Shown here in pieces: positions 15,993 to 29,143 of a stretch of DNA of 64,000 bases. Origin of the DNA: the human T2T-CHM13v2.0 reference genome, Homo sapiens; assembly GCF_009914755.1 (NCBI RefSeq), contig NC_060929.1. One strand, 5' to 3'. The stretch's first letter is position 1. Each line of letters opens with the position of its first letter. The translations under genes and the position numbers were made by a program. A model generated the notes under the pieces. That model was not told where the DNA came from, did not search any database, and was given only the letters and a program-made list of their open reading frames with translations.

Positions 15993-18391
15993 AATAAGTC
16001 AACTCTGAGGTTCTTTACAGTCTCAAATGTCTTTGATTTTTGTAATATTTCCGAGGGAATAGTGTGGCTAGTAGGAGAAAAATTAACATATCAAGACAAC
16101 GTACTGACAACTCAATATGTCAAATTATCCATTAAGAAATTATCTGTGATATAGGTAGAAAGAGAGAGAGAGACAGATGATGATATAAAGATATATATAT
16201 ATTTATATGGTGTATAGAGAAGTATATAGATACGGATAATGTCTGCAAATATAATTATCTGTGATACAGAAAAAAATGGGAGATCTGTTTCCAGCTTCCT
16301 CTTAAGGGAAAAGATGAACCTTTGAATTCATGAGTCGGAATTTCTCTTGACTCAGGGGAAAAGTCATTTTTTCTTCATTTTTCTAAGTGTTAACCTCTAG
16401 AGGTGTTAAAACTGCCCTCTCTAACATGGAAAAGGTTCCTGAGGCTTTAAAGAGGAGTGGTCTCACTACAGGAAGGTGGACAGATGATGGGGACTAGAGA
16501 AAGAGAGAGCTGCTATTCTCCCAAATGTAGTAGACCCTCAGGTAGGGTGACTGTACTGAAAAAAAACAAGGATTAAGAGCAAGGGCTCCCATGATTCCAG
16601 TGACTCCCCACCCTCCACAATGGCCTGGGTAAGCATCTGGGCAATGACCATGGAGTGAGAGCCATGGGCAAAAGATACATAACTAATTACACCTGAGACA
16701 TAACATTTTAAGAGTCAAGTGGACGATTTATTCCACATCCAGCACTTGGAAATGACATGACCACATACACTAATGAAATGCTATGAGCATATCCTGTGAT
16801 TATTATCATCCTCATCTTGTGAATACAAATTTCACTAAACCCAACCTAGGATTGGATTTTCATGGTTTAGGTCATTTCTGTTTTGATATCCAAAAGTATT
16901 GTTCACATTTTTTTGAATGTGTCATATAAGTGTTCTTTTTAATTATAAATAATTACTTTTGAAAAGTTTCCCCATAGCATTTTGCAGACTGCCATGTATG
17001 TAACACCTATTTGTGGGAAAAAAAAATGGATGGATGGATACTGAATAAATTGTTTATAGTCAGATTTTCTCTACAGTCAAAATTTTCCACCCCATTAAAA
17101 ACTTAAGGAAGCTTTTCCTCTGTTGCTTGGCTTCCAGTTCTGTGAAGTGGAAAACCATGATGAATATGGCAGTTTATTGCACCATATTATGTAATTAGTC
17201 CACCTCTAAGAAAAGAGACTTTTTGAAATGTGGTATCATCTTCATACATACAACTGGAATGTAGTGTGTGTGAGTTAGAGACTATAGCAGGAGAAAAAAC
17301 CCTGGAATAGAGTCTAGCCATGAGCAAAAGGTTAACGGGCTCTTCGACCTCACTGGGCACTAATCTTTAGCCTTCCTCTATTTTTGAGGATGCCACAGGA
17401 ATATTTAGAGCCTCCAAGAAGAATCCACAATTCTTTCCAACAAAGTTCTAGTTAAAGGCACATTTTGATGAAATGGATTCATATATCCAGCTCCTGCCTG
17501 GTTTCTATTAAATATTCCAGTCTTTCCTGTGAAAAATGGGGAGTGATTTCATGCTTTCATTATTCAAACTGATCTGGTTTCACAGCGTACTCCATGGCTA
17601 TAGTCAGTTCAAAAAGAAGGAATATTTTGTTTTCTTGATTTTGCATGCAGTTCAGAAACCTGCTGGCTGCTGGACTCACAGTGGTGGCCATTCTAAGGGA
17701 GGCTTGATGGCAGGAACAGGTGACAACAGAAGCTCAAAGATTATTTGTCTATACTGAGCATGTTGTACTTTACCTCAGTTCTCCCATTTAGTCAAATGAA
17801 TTTTATTCAGTTGAGAACACTTGCTTTAAAGGCCTCAGATGCAATATCTTTATGTTCCTACAACATCTGCAATTGCATTATAAGGAGTAATTTAAATGAA
17901 ATATGGACAATGTCATCAACCGTTCCAATTTTCTGCCCCATTTCCATCCACTGTCACCTGGAACCTTATGCCCTAAGGTTGCCAACCCAATCTTGGCTCC
18001 TTGTTTTTCCTTCACAGCTCTTCTAGTTGGGGTTTCCTCCAGATTAATGGACACCAAAAGATTATTACTTCATTCTGACTAAAAACTAGAACTAAGAATA
18101 GAGAAAGGTTATAAACTCTTTCAGAATGAGAGAATTCTGGATTCTTCCTGCAGAAAACAACATTCGCATAATATCCTTAGAGAATGCATGAAATGAGCCT
18201 ATTTAAGCTACAGTTTGCACATCAGTAAAATGGAAATAATAATACTTTTCTCATGGGACTGTTTTGAGAATGAAAGAGAGCACACAGACACCACATGTGG
18301 TGTGATATGTCCTTTATAAAGGAAAGTTGCTAATTTTTTTTAAAATGATAGTTTTCAAAACAATACTTTCTGTGTGTTCTATTAAACCTAC

Positions 18392-18755
18392 TGTATTAGT
18401 CTGTTCTCATGCTGCTAATAAAGACATACCTGAGACTGGGTAATTTACAAAGGAAAGAGGTTTAATGGACTCAGAGTTCCACATGGCTGGGGAGGCCTCA
18501 AAATCATGGCAGAAGGCAAAGGAGGAGAAATGTCATATCTTACATGGTGGCAGGCAAGAGGGCGTGGGCAGGGGAACTGCTTTTTATAAAACCACCAGAT
18601 CTTGTGAGACTTATACACTATCATGAGAACAGCATGAGAAAAACCCACCCTCATAATTCAATTATGTCCCAGTGGGTCCCTCCCATGACACATGGGGATT
18701 ATGGGAGCTACAATTCAAGACAAGGCTTGGGTGGGGACACAGCCAAACCATATTA
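18392..18755 (-). mobile_element. THE1 (B/C-like) MaLR solo LTR
   Basis: tgtattagtctgttctcatgctgctaataaagacatacc...ggggacacagccaaaccatatta; 5-bp TSD cctac/cgtac. Confidence 0.93.
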
Positions 18756-19144
18756 CGTACCCTATTGTGTACTTCCTGACAAATCATTTGAAGACTCTTT
18801 GTGAAAGAAAAGCAAAAATCAAACATGATTCCTTCAAAGGTACTGTAGGTCAGATGGATGAATCACAGGCAAATGTGTCTGAGAAAAGGAAAGGCCAACG
18901 ATGAAAGGTGAGAGAAAAAGATTCTAATGCAGGTTTCATTGCTTCTCCTGGGTCTATTTTAATGGTCTTCAAATAAGTTTTGCACGGTCAGTTTATCTTC
19001 CTGCTTCAGCCCTTCCTGGTTATTTCTGCTAGATGAACAGTTTTGCCACACTATGACAATTCCTTGTTCAGAAACCTTCAATGATCTCCTGTCTGAATTA
19101 CATCCTAACCCACATGATCAGGTTACAAATTCCTTTAAAATCTC

Positions 19145-19357
19145 GAGAACACATGGACACAGGGAGGGGAACATCACACACCGGGGCCTGACGGGGGTGG
19201 AGGACCAGGGGAGGGATAGCATTAGGGGAAATACCTAATGTGGGTGACAGGTTGATGGGTGCAGCAAACCACCATGGCACATGTATACCTATGTAACAAA
19301 ACTGCACATTTTGCACATGTACCCCAGAACTTAAAGTATAATTTAAAAAAAGAAAAT
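19145..19357 (+). mobile_element. 5'-truncated L1PA (about PA7-8) 3' UTR
   Basis: gagaacacatggacacagggagggg...ccccagaacttaaagtataat plus A tail; 17-bp TSD aattcctttaaaa(t/c)ctc 19128-19144 / 19358-19374. Confidence 0.93.
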
Positions 19358-20780
19358 AATTCCTTTAAAACCTCATCTCTCCTAGTTCTTCTTCATACAC
19401 TCCAGCCACATTGGACATGTTTTATACTTATTGCATGTCTTATTCTTTTCCTGCCCTGGGACTTTTTGTATGTGGCTTGCCTCTCTGTAGATCTCTGTAG
19501 AAGACAAATTCAAAATATGATCCTTTTCCTAATATTCTTCCATGATCCTTCCAGTAAGAAGAACTCTGTGGGACTTTTGAATTTCCACATTCTTTTAATG
19601 CATATCTGTAATGACACTTAACCTGATCTATACTATAGTGTGCTTATTTTTCTGAGTTTTATCTAACAGATTAATAGCTACTTAAGGTACCAATGACATT
19701 TCAATTCTACTCCATGCAAGACCTAACACATTGCTGGAGTTCAGTAAATGTTTGCTGAATAGATGAATAAAGGACAGTGCTGTTATTAAAATTTCTTAGT
19801 GGGGTTGAGAGGCACGATAAAGGCCTCAGAATAAATAGCAATGAAATATAGGTAGAGCTAGTGCCAAATAGGAGTGTAAGCAATGGTTCAAAATTTCAGA
19901 GGAGAAATAATGAAATTGACAGGGAGATTTAGTCTTGGCCACTGAAAGTTTTAGTGGTCTCTCACAGGACATTAACATCTGAGAGCAATTCCAAGACCTT
20001 CTCATTCCCCACAAAGTAAATTAAAGCCAAATAGGAAAATGATCTTGTTCCATATACTAAAATGTTTTGTATTTTTCTATATGTAAATAGAGTTGTGTAA
20101 AATAGACAAATTTTTCCCCCATAGGACAAAGAAGCATTCTAAAACTCACATGAAGAACCCATAGGCTATCTTTGCTGAAGATAAGCTCCCTCTTTTGGAC
20201 TATGATTTAGGTTACAAAATCTCCAAATTCTATTTCATGAGAAGAAATCAGTAGCAATGGCTTAAGGCTTAATAGTTTTGAAAAAGCAATAACATGATGA
20301 CGTTTGAATGAATTATAAACATATGGATTAAATTTTTCCTTACGGAAATAATATGAAAATAATGAGGGTTCTTTTTTCTACATATCTGGATTTTACTGAA
20401 ACTTTAAAAAAACCAACCCAAGAACTGAATAAATAAACCCATAAGACACTGAGCAGGAATGCTCTTATTTGCAATTATCATGTGTTGATTTGGGATTATA
20501 ATGGAGTTAGGAAGATCTGTGAAAGGGAAAACACATCCTCCCTATCATAGCTTAGGTCCAACACCAAGTATTAGAAACCCAGATATAGACATTGTTCACT
20601 CCCACGGAATTGGGAGCTTAGAATTCATCTTTTGTCAGTGGTGGTTCCCATCCACAGTATCTCTGAAGATACATCCAACAAACTTCTGTAACTGTGAGGC
20701 AGGTTGAAACAGAGCATAGGATGCGCTAACTGAAAGCAAAAAATACTCACTGACCCCTGCAGAGAGAGCACAGCACAGTA

Positions 20781-20873
20781 GTCCTGCCCAGTACTTGTCT
20801 GGTTTTCACACTGAAAGTCCCATATCCCAAACAACCCTCAGTCCTCAGTGATCTGGGACAACTGGTCACCCTA
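20781..20873. mobile_element. MER81-like hAT-Blackjack MITE
   Basis: ggttttcacactgaaagtccc...ctcagtcc...ctggtcacccta terminus. Confidence 0.7.
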
Positions 20874-20899
20874 CCCCCAGTCAAGGATACACTTCAATG

Positions 20900-21040
20900 T
20901 GTATCCTCAGCACCTGCAGATCTTGTTAAAATACAAATTTGCATTTAGTTTGTCTATGTGAGTCCTAGGATTGTGCATTTCTAACAAGTTCTCAGATGAT
21001 GCCATGCTACTGGTCCACAGACCACACTTTAAGTATCAGG
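20900..21040. mobile_element. MER5A/B-like MITE
   Basis: cttgttaaaatacaaatt...tgcatttctaacaagttctcagatgatgcc...gaccacacttt. Confidence 0.7.
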
Positions 21041-21049
21041 GTTTAGAGT

Positions 21050-21258
21050 GTGCCTTGTGGACTCAGAGGTAGACTGAGACCCAGCTTCACCATTTACTAA
21101 TTTTGTGTCCTTGGTCAAGCGACTTAACTTCACTAAACCTCAATTTCCTCATCTCTAATAGAGAGTACTAATAGTACCTTCCTCTCAAGATTGTTGTGAG
21201 GATTAATTGAGGTAATTCTGGGCACAGAATAAGCACTAAAGAAGTATTGATTACTTTT
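21050..21258 (+). mobile_element. MIR (likely donor of the inverted duplication)
   Basis: MIR core cctcaatttcctcatctctaata...gattgttgtgaggattaa. Confidence 0.8.
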
Positions 21259-23025
21259 TTTATCATTGGAATTTGTATCATGTGTAATCTTCCAATAGAT
21301 GGCTGAGACTGAAAATACAAATAAGTTGAGGAAGGTTTCAGGTAAATTCATGGTTGAAGGATTCATAAGCACTGATGTTTTCAAGGTGAATTAGAATGTT
21401 TGAGGCAGAGGCATTTTATCGGGTTGAGGGGGAATTAAGTCTGACTCAGCTGTATCATAAAGTTTATGTTCACTATAAAATACTAGTTTTTTATACTGTG
21501 TGCTATACAATCTACCTCCCTATTTTGAGTTCCCTAGAACACAAAAGGAAGATAGAAATATAAGTGTGTGTTGTCCCAGCTGCTGGAACAATAGGCCTTT
21601 TGCAGAAGTTTAAATATCTGACTCATAAAGAGGGAATTAGATCCACTGATAAGTTATGCCCAAGTCCCACCCTCAGTTCCAGTTGGCCTTTATGACCCAC
21701 ACTGCCGCTATGTGAACTTGCAGAAGTTATATAACATCATCTTTAAGCTTCAGCCTCCTTACTGCAAACAGAAATGATAATACCTACTTCATAGACTCAT
21801 AAGAGAATCAAATATAAAGTGCCAATACAGGGCTGGCCTATGTTAAGTGCTCAATAAATACTGGCTAGTGTTCTAATTATCCTGTTGGTATAGTAATAGA
21901 ACTATTTCTGTTTAACATTCATTTAGAATGGAGAGCCACTAGATTGATTATATCTTGGTTGTGCTGGTTCTTGAAATGTGATAATAGCTTAGACCTTCAC
22001 CTTCAGATTTCCCCTGACCACATGGTGAGGAGCCATTAAATGTTAATTCCCTGTAACTTTTGTGACCTTTAAACCCATCTTCATTCTTCTTCACTGGAGC
22101 AGAGCTAGAGTTTGATTATTTTGCCTATAAATAATAACCACTGTTTAGCCAATGAGCTGTGTTTGAAGCTTGTCAGTGGCTAATTTGACATGTTGTATTT
22201 CTAGAGATGAAAACTTGGGTTTGAAAAGGGAAAACTCACCAAAATCAATGTTAGGGAACAGCAATTCCTGGTGGCCAGGGAAGACAAAAGAAAGTTCTAG
22301 GTTGGAAAGATGTGAAACAGTGATGGTTATGTCAGCAGTTAGGACAACACATATTTATATTTCAATCCTCCCTTTATGGGCAAGACACTTTTTCTAGCCC
22401 CAGGCTTCATCTCTGATGCTGCATTTGAAGGAAGGGTAAAAAACTTTAATCCCAGGTCCAAGAAACAACGCTATCATCCAGTTAGAAACTTTGCAAGCCC
22501 TTTGGTTTGCCACTTGTCTCAGAATAAATAAATAAATAAAAGTCACTCACAAACCTTTCTTTGGATTTACTTGACCAAACTCATGAATGCTATCTTACTT
22601 CTCATGCCTGGATGCCCTCACTGGATATAGAACCAGGTTAGAAGCTCAAGCCTCTTCAAAGGGTATTGGGAGAATAAATGCTATAATGTCCACGTGACTC
22701 CAACAAAGCTTAGCTCATAGAAAGCATTTGATGAATATTCATTGTCTTCCTCTCTTCCCCTATGTTTGACACCTTAATGTGTGTATACCTGTTCCAAACA
22801 TTAATGTCTATTGTCTACTCCACTTTTGAGATATCGACAAAGTCTAACATCTCACTGTAGATGTTCATGACTGATATGGAACACCTTGAATTTCTGTGTC
22901 ATTTAGATCCACTATTAAACGCTGGATACCGTAGGCCCCACAATAAAATTACCCTGGGTAATTACATCGCTACCATTAGCCCCATTAGCCCTATTGTATT
23001 TCAAAAATCCATTTCACAGTTTGGC

Positions 23026-23052
23026 AAAAAAAAAAAAAAAAAAAAAAAAAAA
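23026..23052 (+). repeat. Isolated A27 mononucleotide run
   Basis: Read directly; no Alu or L1 body immediately upstream. Confidence 0.97.
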
Positions 23053-23068
23053 GTAGGGTCCTAGTTTT

Positions 23069-23364
23069 GAAATCCCTTCAAAAACTCATGAATTTACCTG
23101 AAAGCGTCTTTGACTTATTTGTGTTTTTAATCTCAAACACCTTTTACAAGATTACTTCACTGATACACACTATGAATTCCAATAATTATGAAAGCAGTTA
23201 ATACTTCCTTAGTGCTTATTCTGTGCCCCAAATTATCTCAATTAATCCTCCCAACAATCCTTTGAGGAAGATACTATTATGACTCTCTATTACAGATGAG
23301 GAAATTGAGGCTCAATGAGTTTAAGTCACTTGAACAGAGACACAAAATTGGTAAATGGTGAAGC
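23069..23364 (-). repeat. Inverted duplicate of 21084-21364 (MIR plus unique flank)
   Basis: Reverse complement aligns without gaps at about 85% over the 175-bp MIR part and continues into non-MIR flank. Confidence 0.9.
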
Positions 23365-24537
23365 AAGCACTCCATCCTGATATAAAGCCCTTGCGCTGTA
23401 ACCCCATGGAAGACTTCAGTAGGTAATTGCCATAGCCTTTCACAGGTTTAAAATAGGTGAATCTGCTACAATTACGACCTGAGAACTGAGATCTGCACTC
23501 ATATTTACTCCAACCCCCTCTAAATCTTTGCTCCAAACTCCTCTAAATATTTATTCCAAACCCCTTTGCAAAGTAAGCATACACATTTAGTCTTTATTTT
23601 TCATATTTTAGGACTACTAAAATATGAAAATGCATTGAAAATGAAGCCCATGTTGTTGGAAGCGTGGATCAATAAGGATTATTTGGTCTTGGCTAAAGGT
23701 TTAGTAAAATGTACTTAGATAATAATAATTAAATGAATGACTTAATTTGTTTTTCTTTCAAGCTTTATTCTTTATAAGAATTCAGTTTTCTTCACACACA
23801 GCAAACATATGTGATCCTGTGTTTTTATTTATAGAAAGAGCAAAAGCCAGGAAAATTAGGTAATTTGAATTTTAGTTAGAATCCTGTCTTTTTGATCTAA
23901 GTGATTATGTGAAAGTGGCTTGCTTTGAGTTTATCTTCATTTCTGTAATGATGGTTTGGACTGGTAAACTTCAATGGCACTTTCCAATTCTGAAATTTCA
24001 TAATCCTGTGAAAACTCTTCATTTTTAATCTAAAATGATACAGTTGATATTTCTGCTGTCTAATGTGCCTCATTTATAGAAATGTATAGAAATTATTCCT
24101 GAGAATATATATGTCATTGCTCACTATACTAGAAAGCAGCATTCCTTATGGTAGATCACAAAGTTCTCATAATTGAGTAGGTAGTGACTTAAAAGCTTGG
24201 GCAATTCAGCTAGAAAGCTAAACAGCCGTCAATAACCGAACATAATTACTTCTAAAAACAGGGAAGGAAGTTGAGCATGAAATTCTAACTAAATAAGCAT
24301 TTTATGATTTCTTCCCTCACTGACAGGCCACTGGGTACATTCCCTGTTCTGGGTTTAAAAAAAAATCCATTGGTATTTTTCTTAGAAAATGAAATATCAG
24401 ATACAAGCAGCGATTTTCTAAATACGTAACAAAAGATATGTTATGAGCTCCCACCAATCAGAATAGAGGCCAAACACAAATAATTTCTACCCTGAACATA
24501 AGCCTTAAGAAACTAAACCAAAGAAAACACAACTTAA

Positions 24538-24940
<403 letters not shown>

Positions 24941-25077
24941 TAAATAGGGAAGCATCCACCTGATCCTTGCCCTACTTCTTATTCCATCGTATCCCACCAG
25001 GCCACCAGGTCCATCCACACAGGCCTTCTTTACATTTATTGTAAACAATACACACATGCCCACCTCCATCCAGAATG

Positions 25078-25132
25078 CCTCTTCAGATCATGAACAACAG
25101 CTTCCTCTTCAGATCATGAACAACAGCTTCCT
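25078..25132 (+). repeat. Perfect 26-bp tandem duplication
   Basis: cctcttcagatcatgaacaacagctt x2. Confidence 0.95.
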
Positions 25133-26369
25133 TTTCATCATTCAGTATCAAGAGAGTGTCATATCACCTCCTTGAACAGGTTATCTCTGGCCATTAATGT
25201 TGCCAACACCTTGTTAACTCAAAACCTTACTCTGTTTTATTTTCTTTTTAACATTTAGTGACATTTGAAACTATTTTCTATTTACATTCAGTACTTGTTT
25301 ATTTTCTGTCCACCCTACTAGGATTTCCATAGCTCAGGGAACTTGGACTATCTTGTACATGCCCAACCAATAGTAGTCCATCAATTAATATTTTCATAAT
25401 AATTTTAGTGCTAATAACAAACCTAGTAATTTATGGTCACCTACTACATGTCAGGCTCTTTATAGATTATCTCCCTAATTATCAAATTAGTTCTATTAAT
25501 CTTTTAACAGATGAAGAAAAAGGGGCTTCTGAGAGTTTAGAGAAGATAACAGGCCCAAGATCTCAATGTTCTTAAGGATGTAGCTGCAATTATAATTTAA
25601 AGTTCTGACTTCATTCCTGGCTATAATGACTCCTTATGCATTCCATATTTAATAAATCAAGTAAAAAATTTCCATTGCTTTATACTATCAGACATCACTG
25701 GATTGTATTACTCTTCAATAATTCTTAACATTTTATTTTTAAGTTCTTTGTACCTTTTCCTTAATAAACTACGTCTGTAAGAAAATATGCTACCATGGTG
25801 AATCTTTTCTTACCATGAATAATAATTTTAAAATTTAGTTCAGCCAAACACTCACATCACTGTATATAATGTCTTCTGTAAGCAGAAAGATATTGAAACA
25901 ATGAGAAAGATCAGATGAACAAATATAAATGAGATTTTAGCATAGGAATAGATTGCATGAAAGTAATACAGAAGCCAATAAATGTAAAGAAAAATGGTTA
26001 GGAAGAATAGATTTGATGACAATATACAGATATAGTATTAGCTATTGGCTGTTTTCATACTGGGTCCTAAGAAACACTTGAGGTAATTTTTAAAAATAGA
26101 AATTCCAGGGCCCAATTCCAGATCTACTAAATCAAAATCCTGGGGTGGAGGTGGGGGAAGAAGAGTCATCCCAAGTGAATGTTACATTTAAGCAAATTTG
26201 AGAAGCACTGGGAGAAAGAATGCTTATTTGTTATGAGTAATACAGGAGGCATGGAGATGATAATGTTAGGCAGTTGGAGGTCTTCAAGTAATTATTTACC
26301 CAGAGACAGTAGCACTAAAACTTACTGTATACTCATGATTGCATTTTTGTCATTTTCTATTGTTTCTTG

Positions 26370-26600
26370 TATGTCTGTGTGTGTGTGTATGTGTATATAT
26401 GTATGTGTATATATATATACTATCAGAGACCACTGGATTGCATTACTCTTCAATAATTCTTAACATTTTATTTTTAAGTTCTTTGTACCTCTTCCTTTAT
26501 AAGCTACGTCAGTAAGAAAATACATATATATATATAATATATATACATAAATATATATATACACACACATATATGTATATATACATATACACACACACAA
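26370..26600. repeat. (TG/TA/CA)n low-complexity tract containing a 107-bp copy of 25681-25787
   Basis: 26416-26522 matches 25681-25787 with 7 mismatches. Confidence 0.93.
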
Positions 26601-29143
26601 AATGTGTATGCTTATGATCAGAATTCAACACCTACATTAGATGAAAGGTTTAAAAGTTTAAATATTTTAAAAGTCCCACCATTGAGATTTTTTGTTAATT
26701 TATTGACTCTAAGGGCCTGTTTCTTTTACTTATGTGCACACACACACACACATTCACATGGTTCCATGGCAGCAAAGAAATTCTCACATTCCAAATATGT
26801 CTTAGTGAAGCATGATAGTTAAGAATTCTCAATATTTTAACGTTACTTAGAGCACCAGTAGGTAGGTTACCCTGGCCCCATTCCCAGAATTTAACAGTAG
26901 GGGCCTTGTGAAATGCTAAACGATGTGTATAACAGTATTCAGGCTCTCCAAGAGCCAATCCGTCAAAACATTTGCTGCTTTGAAAATGTGTTCTTCAAAA
27001 AAATGGGCATATGGAACTTATTACTCTGCTTGGTGGAGTTCAGGCAGCAGGGTCCAAAGTAAGCACAAAAACCTTTTGAGGACATAATCCTACCTAAAGG
27101 TAGCAGGGTCTCCAAAACTGTCCTTCCCTGACCCAAGAGGTATAGAAGTCTCATGGGAAATAGCAGAGTTCCAAATACTTTCCTGTAATTCAAGTATTAG
27201 AATAGCTCAAAACTAGGTAGAAGCATAAAAAAAGGTAATATTTAAATAGACAGTCTATAAAATATTGGACTTGTTTTGGTAAATGATCCCTCAGTTGGTA
27301 TCTCTTTATCACCCACTTCTAGCACAACTTTTGGTCCATATTTGATGTTTAATAATTATATGTGAACAAATAAGTCAGTGACATTTTGCTGCTATATACT
27401 GAAGTAGAATTTAGAATGCATAGCTACATACTTGTGGAAATTTCACCAATGAAAGGGAAATTGAATTCTCTAATCCCCATGGGAAATAAATATTTTCACA
27501 AAGAAGAAAACCATCAAAAGAAGGACAATGATTAGCTTACCCTTACTTTTTCTCTCCCTATTGACACCCATGTCATCTGGATTTAAATGAGTATATATAT
27601 ATATATTTAATTTACATGTTCTTAATATTTAATTGAAATACATTTTAATATTTCAATACAGTATTAAATACAGGAAGCTTATTTTTAAAATATATTTTAA
27701 TATTTCAATTAAATATTAAACACAGGAAGCCAATTGATAGAATTTGCAAAGAATTAACTTACTTTTCTTTGAAACTGCGTAACATTTGCTGTACTAGCTA
27801 TTAAAATAACACAATTTTCACTAGTAGAAAGGACAGGAAATGCTAGTATCAGCCCTTGCAGACAAGAACAGAATTTAGTTTTTGAAGCTGAGAAGGCTCA
27901 AACTCCTTGCTGTGTTTTATTATGCATAACTGAAATTCTTCACAGTTACAAAAGTGTAAACTTCTCTTGATTGCATCAATATGTACTTGGAACAAGGGGA
28001 TATGTAGGTCAGTGCTTGTGAAGGAACTCTGTAGCTACATTTAAGTTTGCTTTGAAGGAATAAAAGTAAATACATAAAGTGTGCCTTTTTTTTTTTTTTT
28101 GGTAAAAACCATGCAGGCATTCCATTTTTAACTTCTTTCGGATCATAGGATGGATTTATCTTCCTCATTGAAAAATTCCCCTTGCTTGAAACTTCCTGAC
28201 AGTTACAGATTTTTTTTTCCCCTAGAATGTTTGATCATTTGAATAGCACTGTATGGACCACTCTTTGATGGTTTATATTCTCCCAACGTGATGCTCACTT
28301 CTGTTCATTACCTTATTTTTCATTATTTCATAATTTGTCTTTTGTATTTTGTGACTGCTTCCTCTGGGATTTTTTTTTCCTAGAAAAATGACAAGAATGA
28401 TCCACACAAGTCCATAAGAGAGGCTGTAAAATAAACATTATACCATGTGTGGGGTAAAAAAATAAATAAATAACTGCAAATGGCTGTTCTCACTTTCTGG
28501 CATTTACACACATGGCCATCTGTTTGAGGGCTGTTTTAAATGGCTGTTTTCCAACATTTATGTAACTGGCCAATTGAAAGGAAATGACATCATCAAGTTT
28601 CCTGAAGGCTATAGCCGGAGCCACGAAAAAGTTCGGAAACAAATTGCTTGGTAAAGAGAAAGATGTTTTTGAAATGTCTCTTTTTAATATGTACTTCTTT
28701 CTTATTTCTAGCATTTCTAACATTTTCCCCCTTTTTCTATACATTCTGTGTTTATACCCCTCAATATTTGCACAATCTACTTTGGGGCTTCTCCTCTCTA
28801 AATTGTAAGGGAGTTAAAGAGAAAAATATCCTCTTTGTTGGGTCTGTACAATCTGGTCAGAATGTGCTGAAAACCAAAGAGTTTTCTGACCTACTTAATA
28901 TCCAAGAATGGACTTGATTGACTTTGTCACTGAAATGACGGCAGATTTTGAACTTGTAGACGTAGGCCTTGCAAAGCATGGAAATAATTCCGGACAGACA
29001 TAGACTGTTCTGCTACCAAGGTGCTGCTGTTGAACTACCCCTCACAGCACAGCCCACAGAGCATGACTGAGTGAAGAGGAACATTTGGAAAGTTTATCAT
29101 ATTTGTTGGAATCACCAAGAAATTAAAGCTAGGAAGGGTAGAG

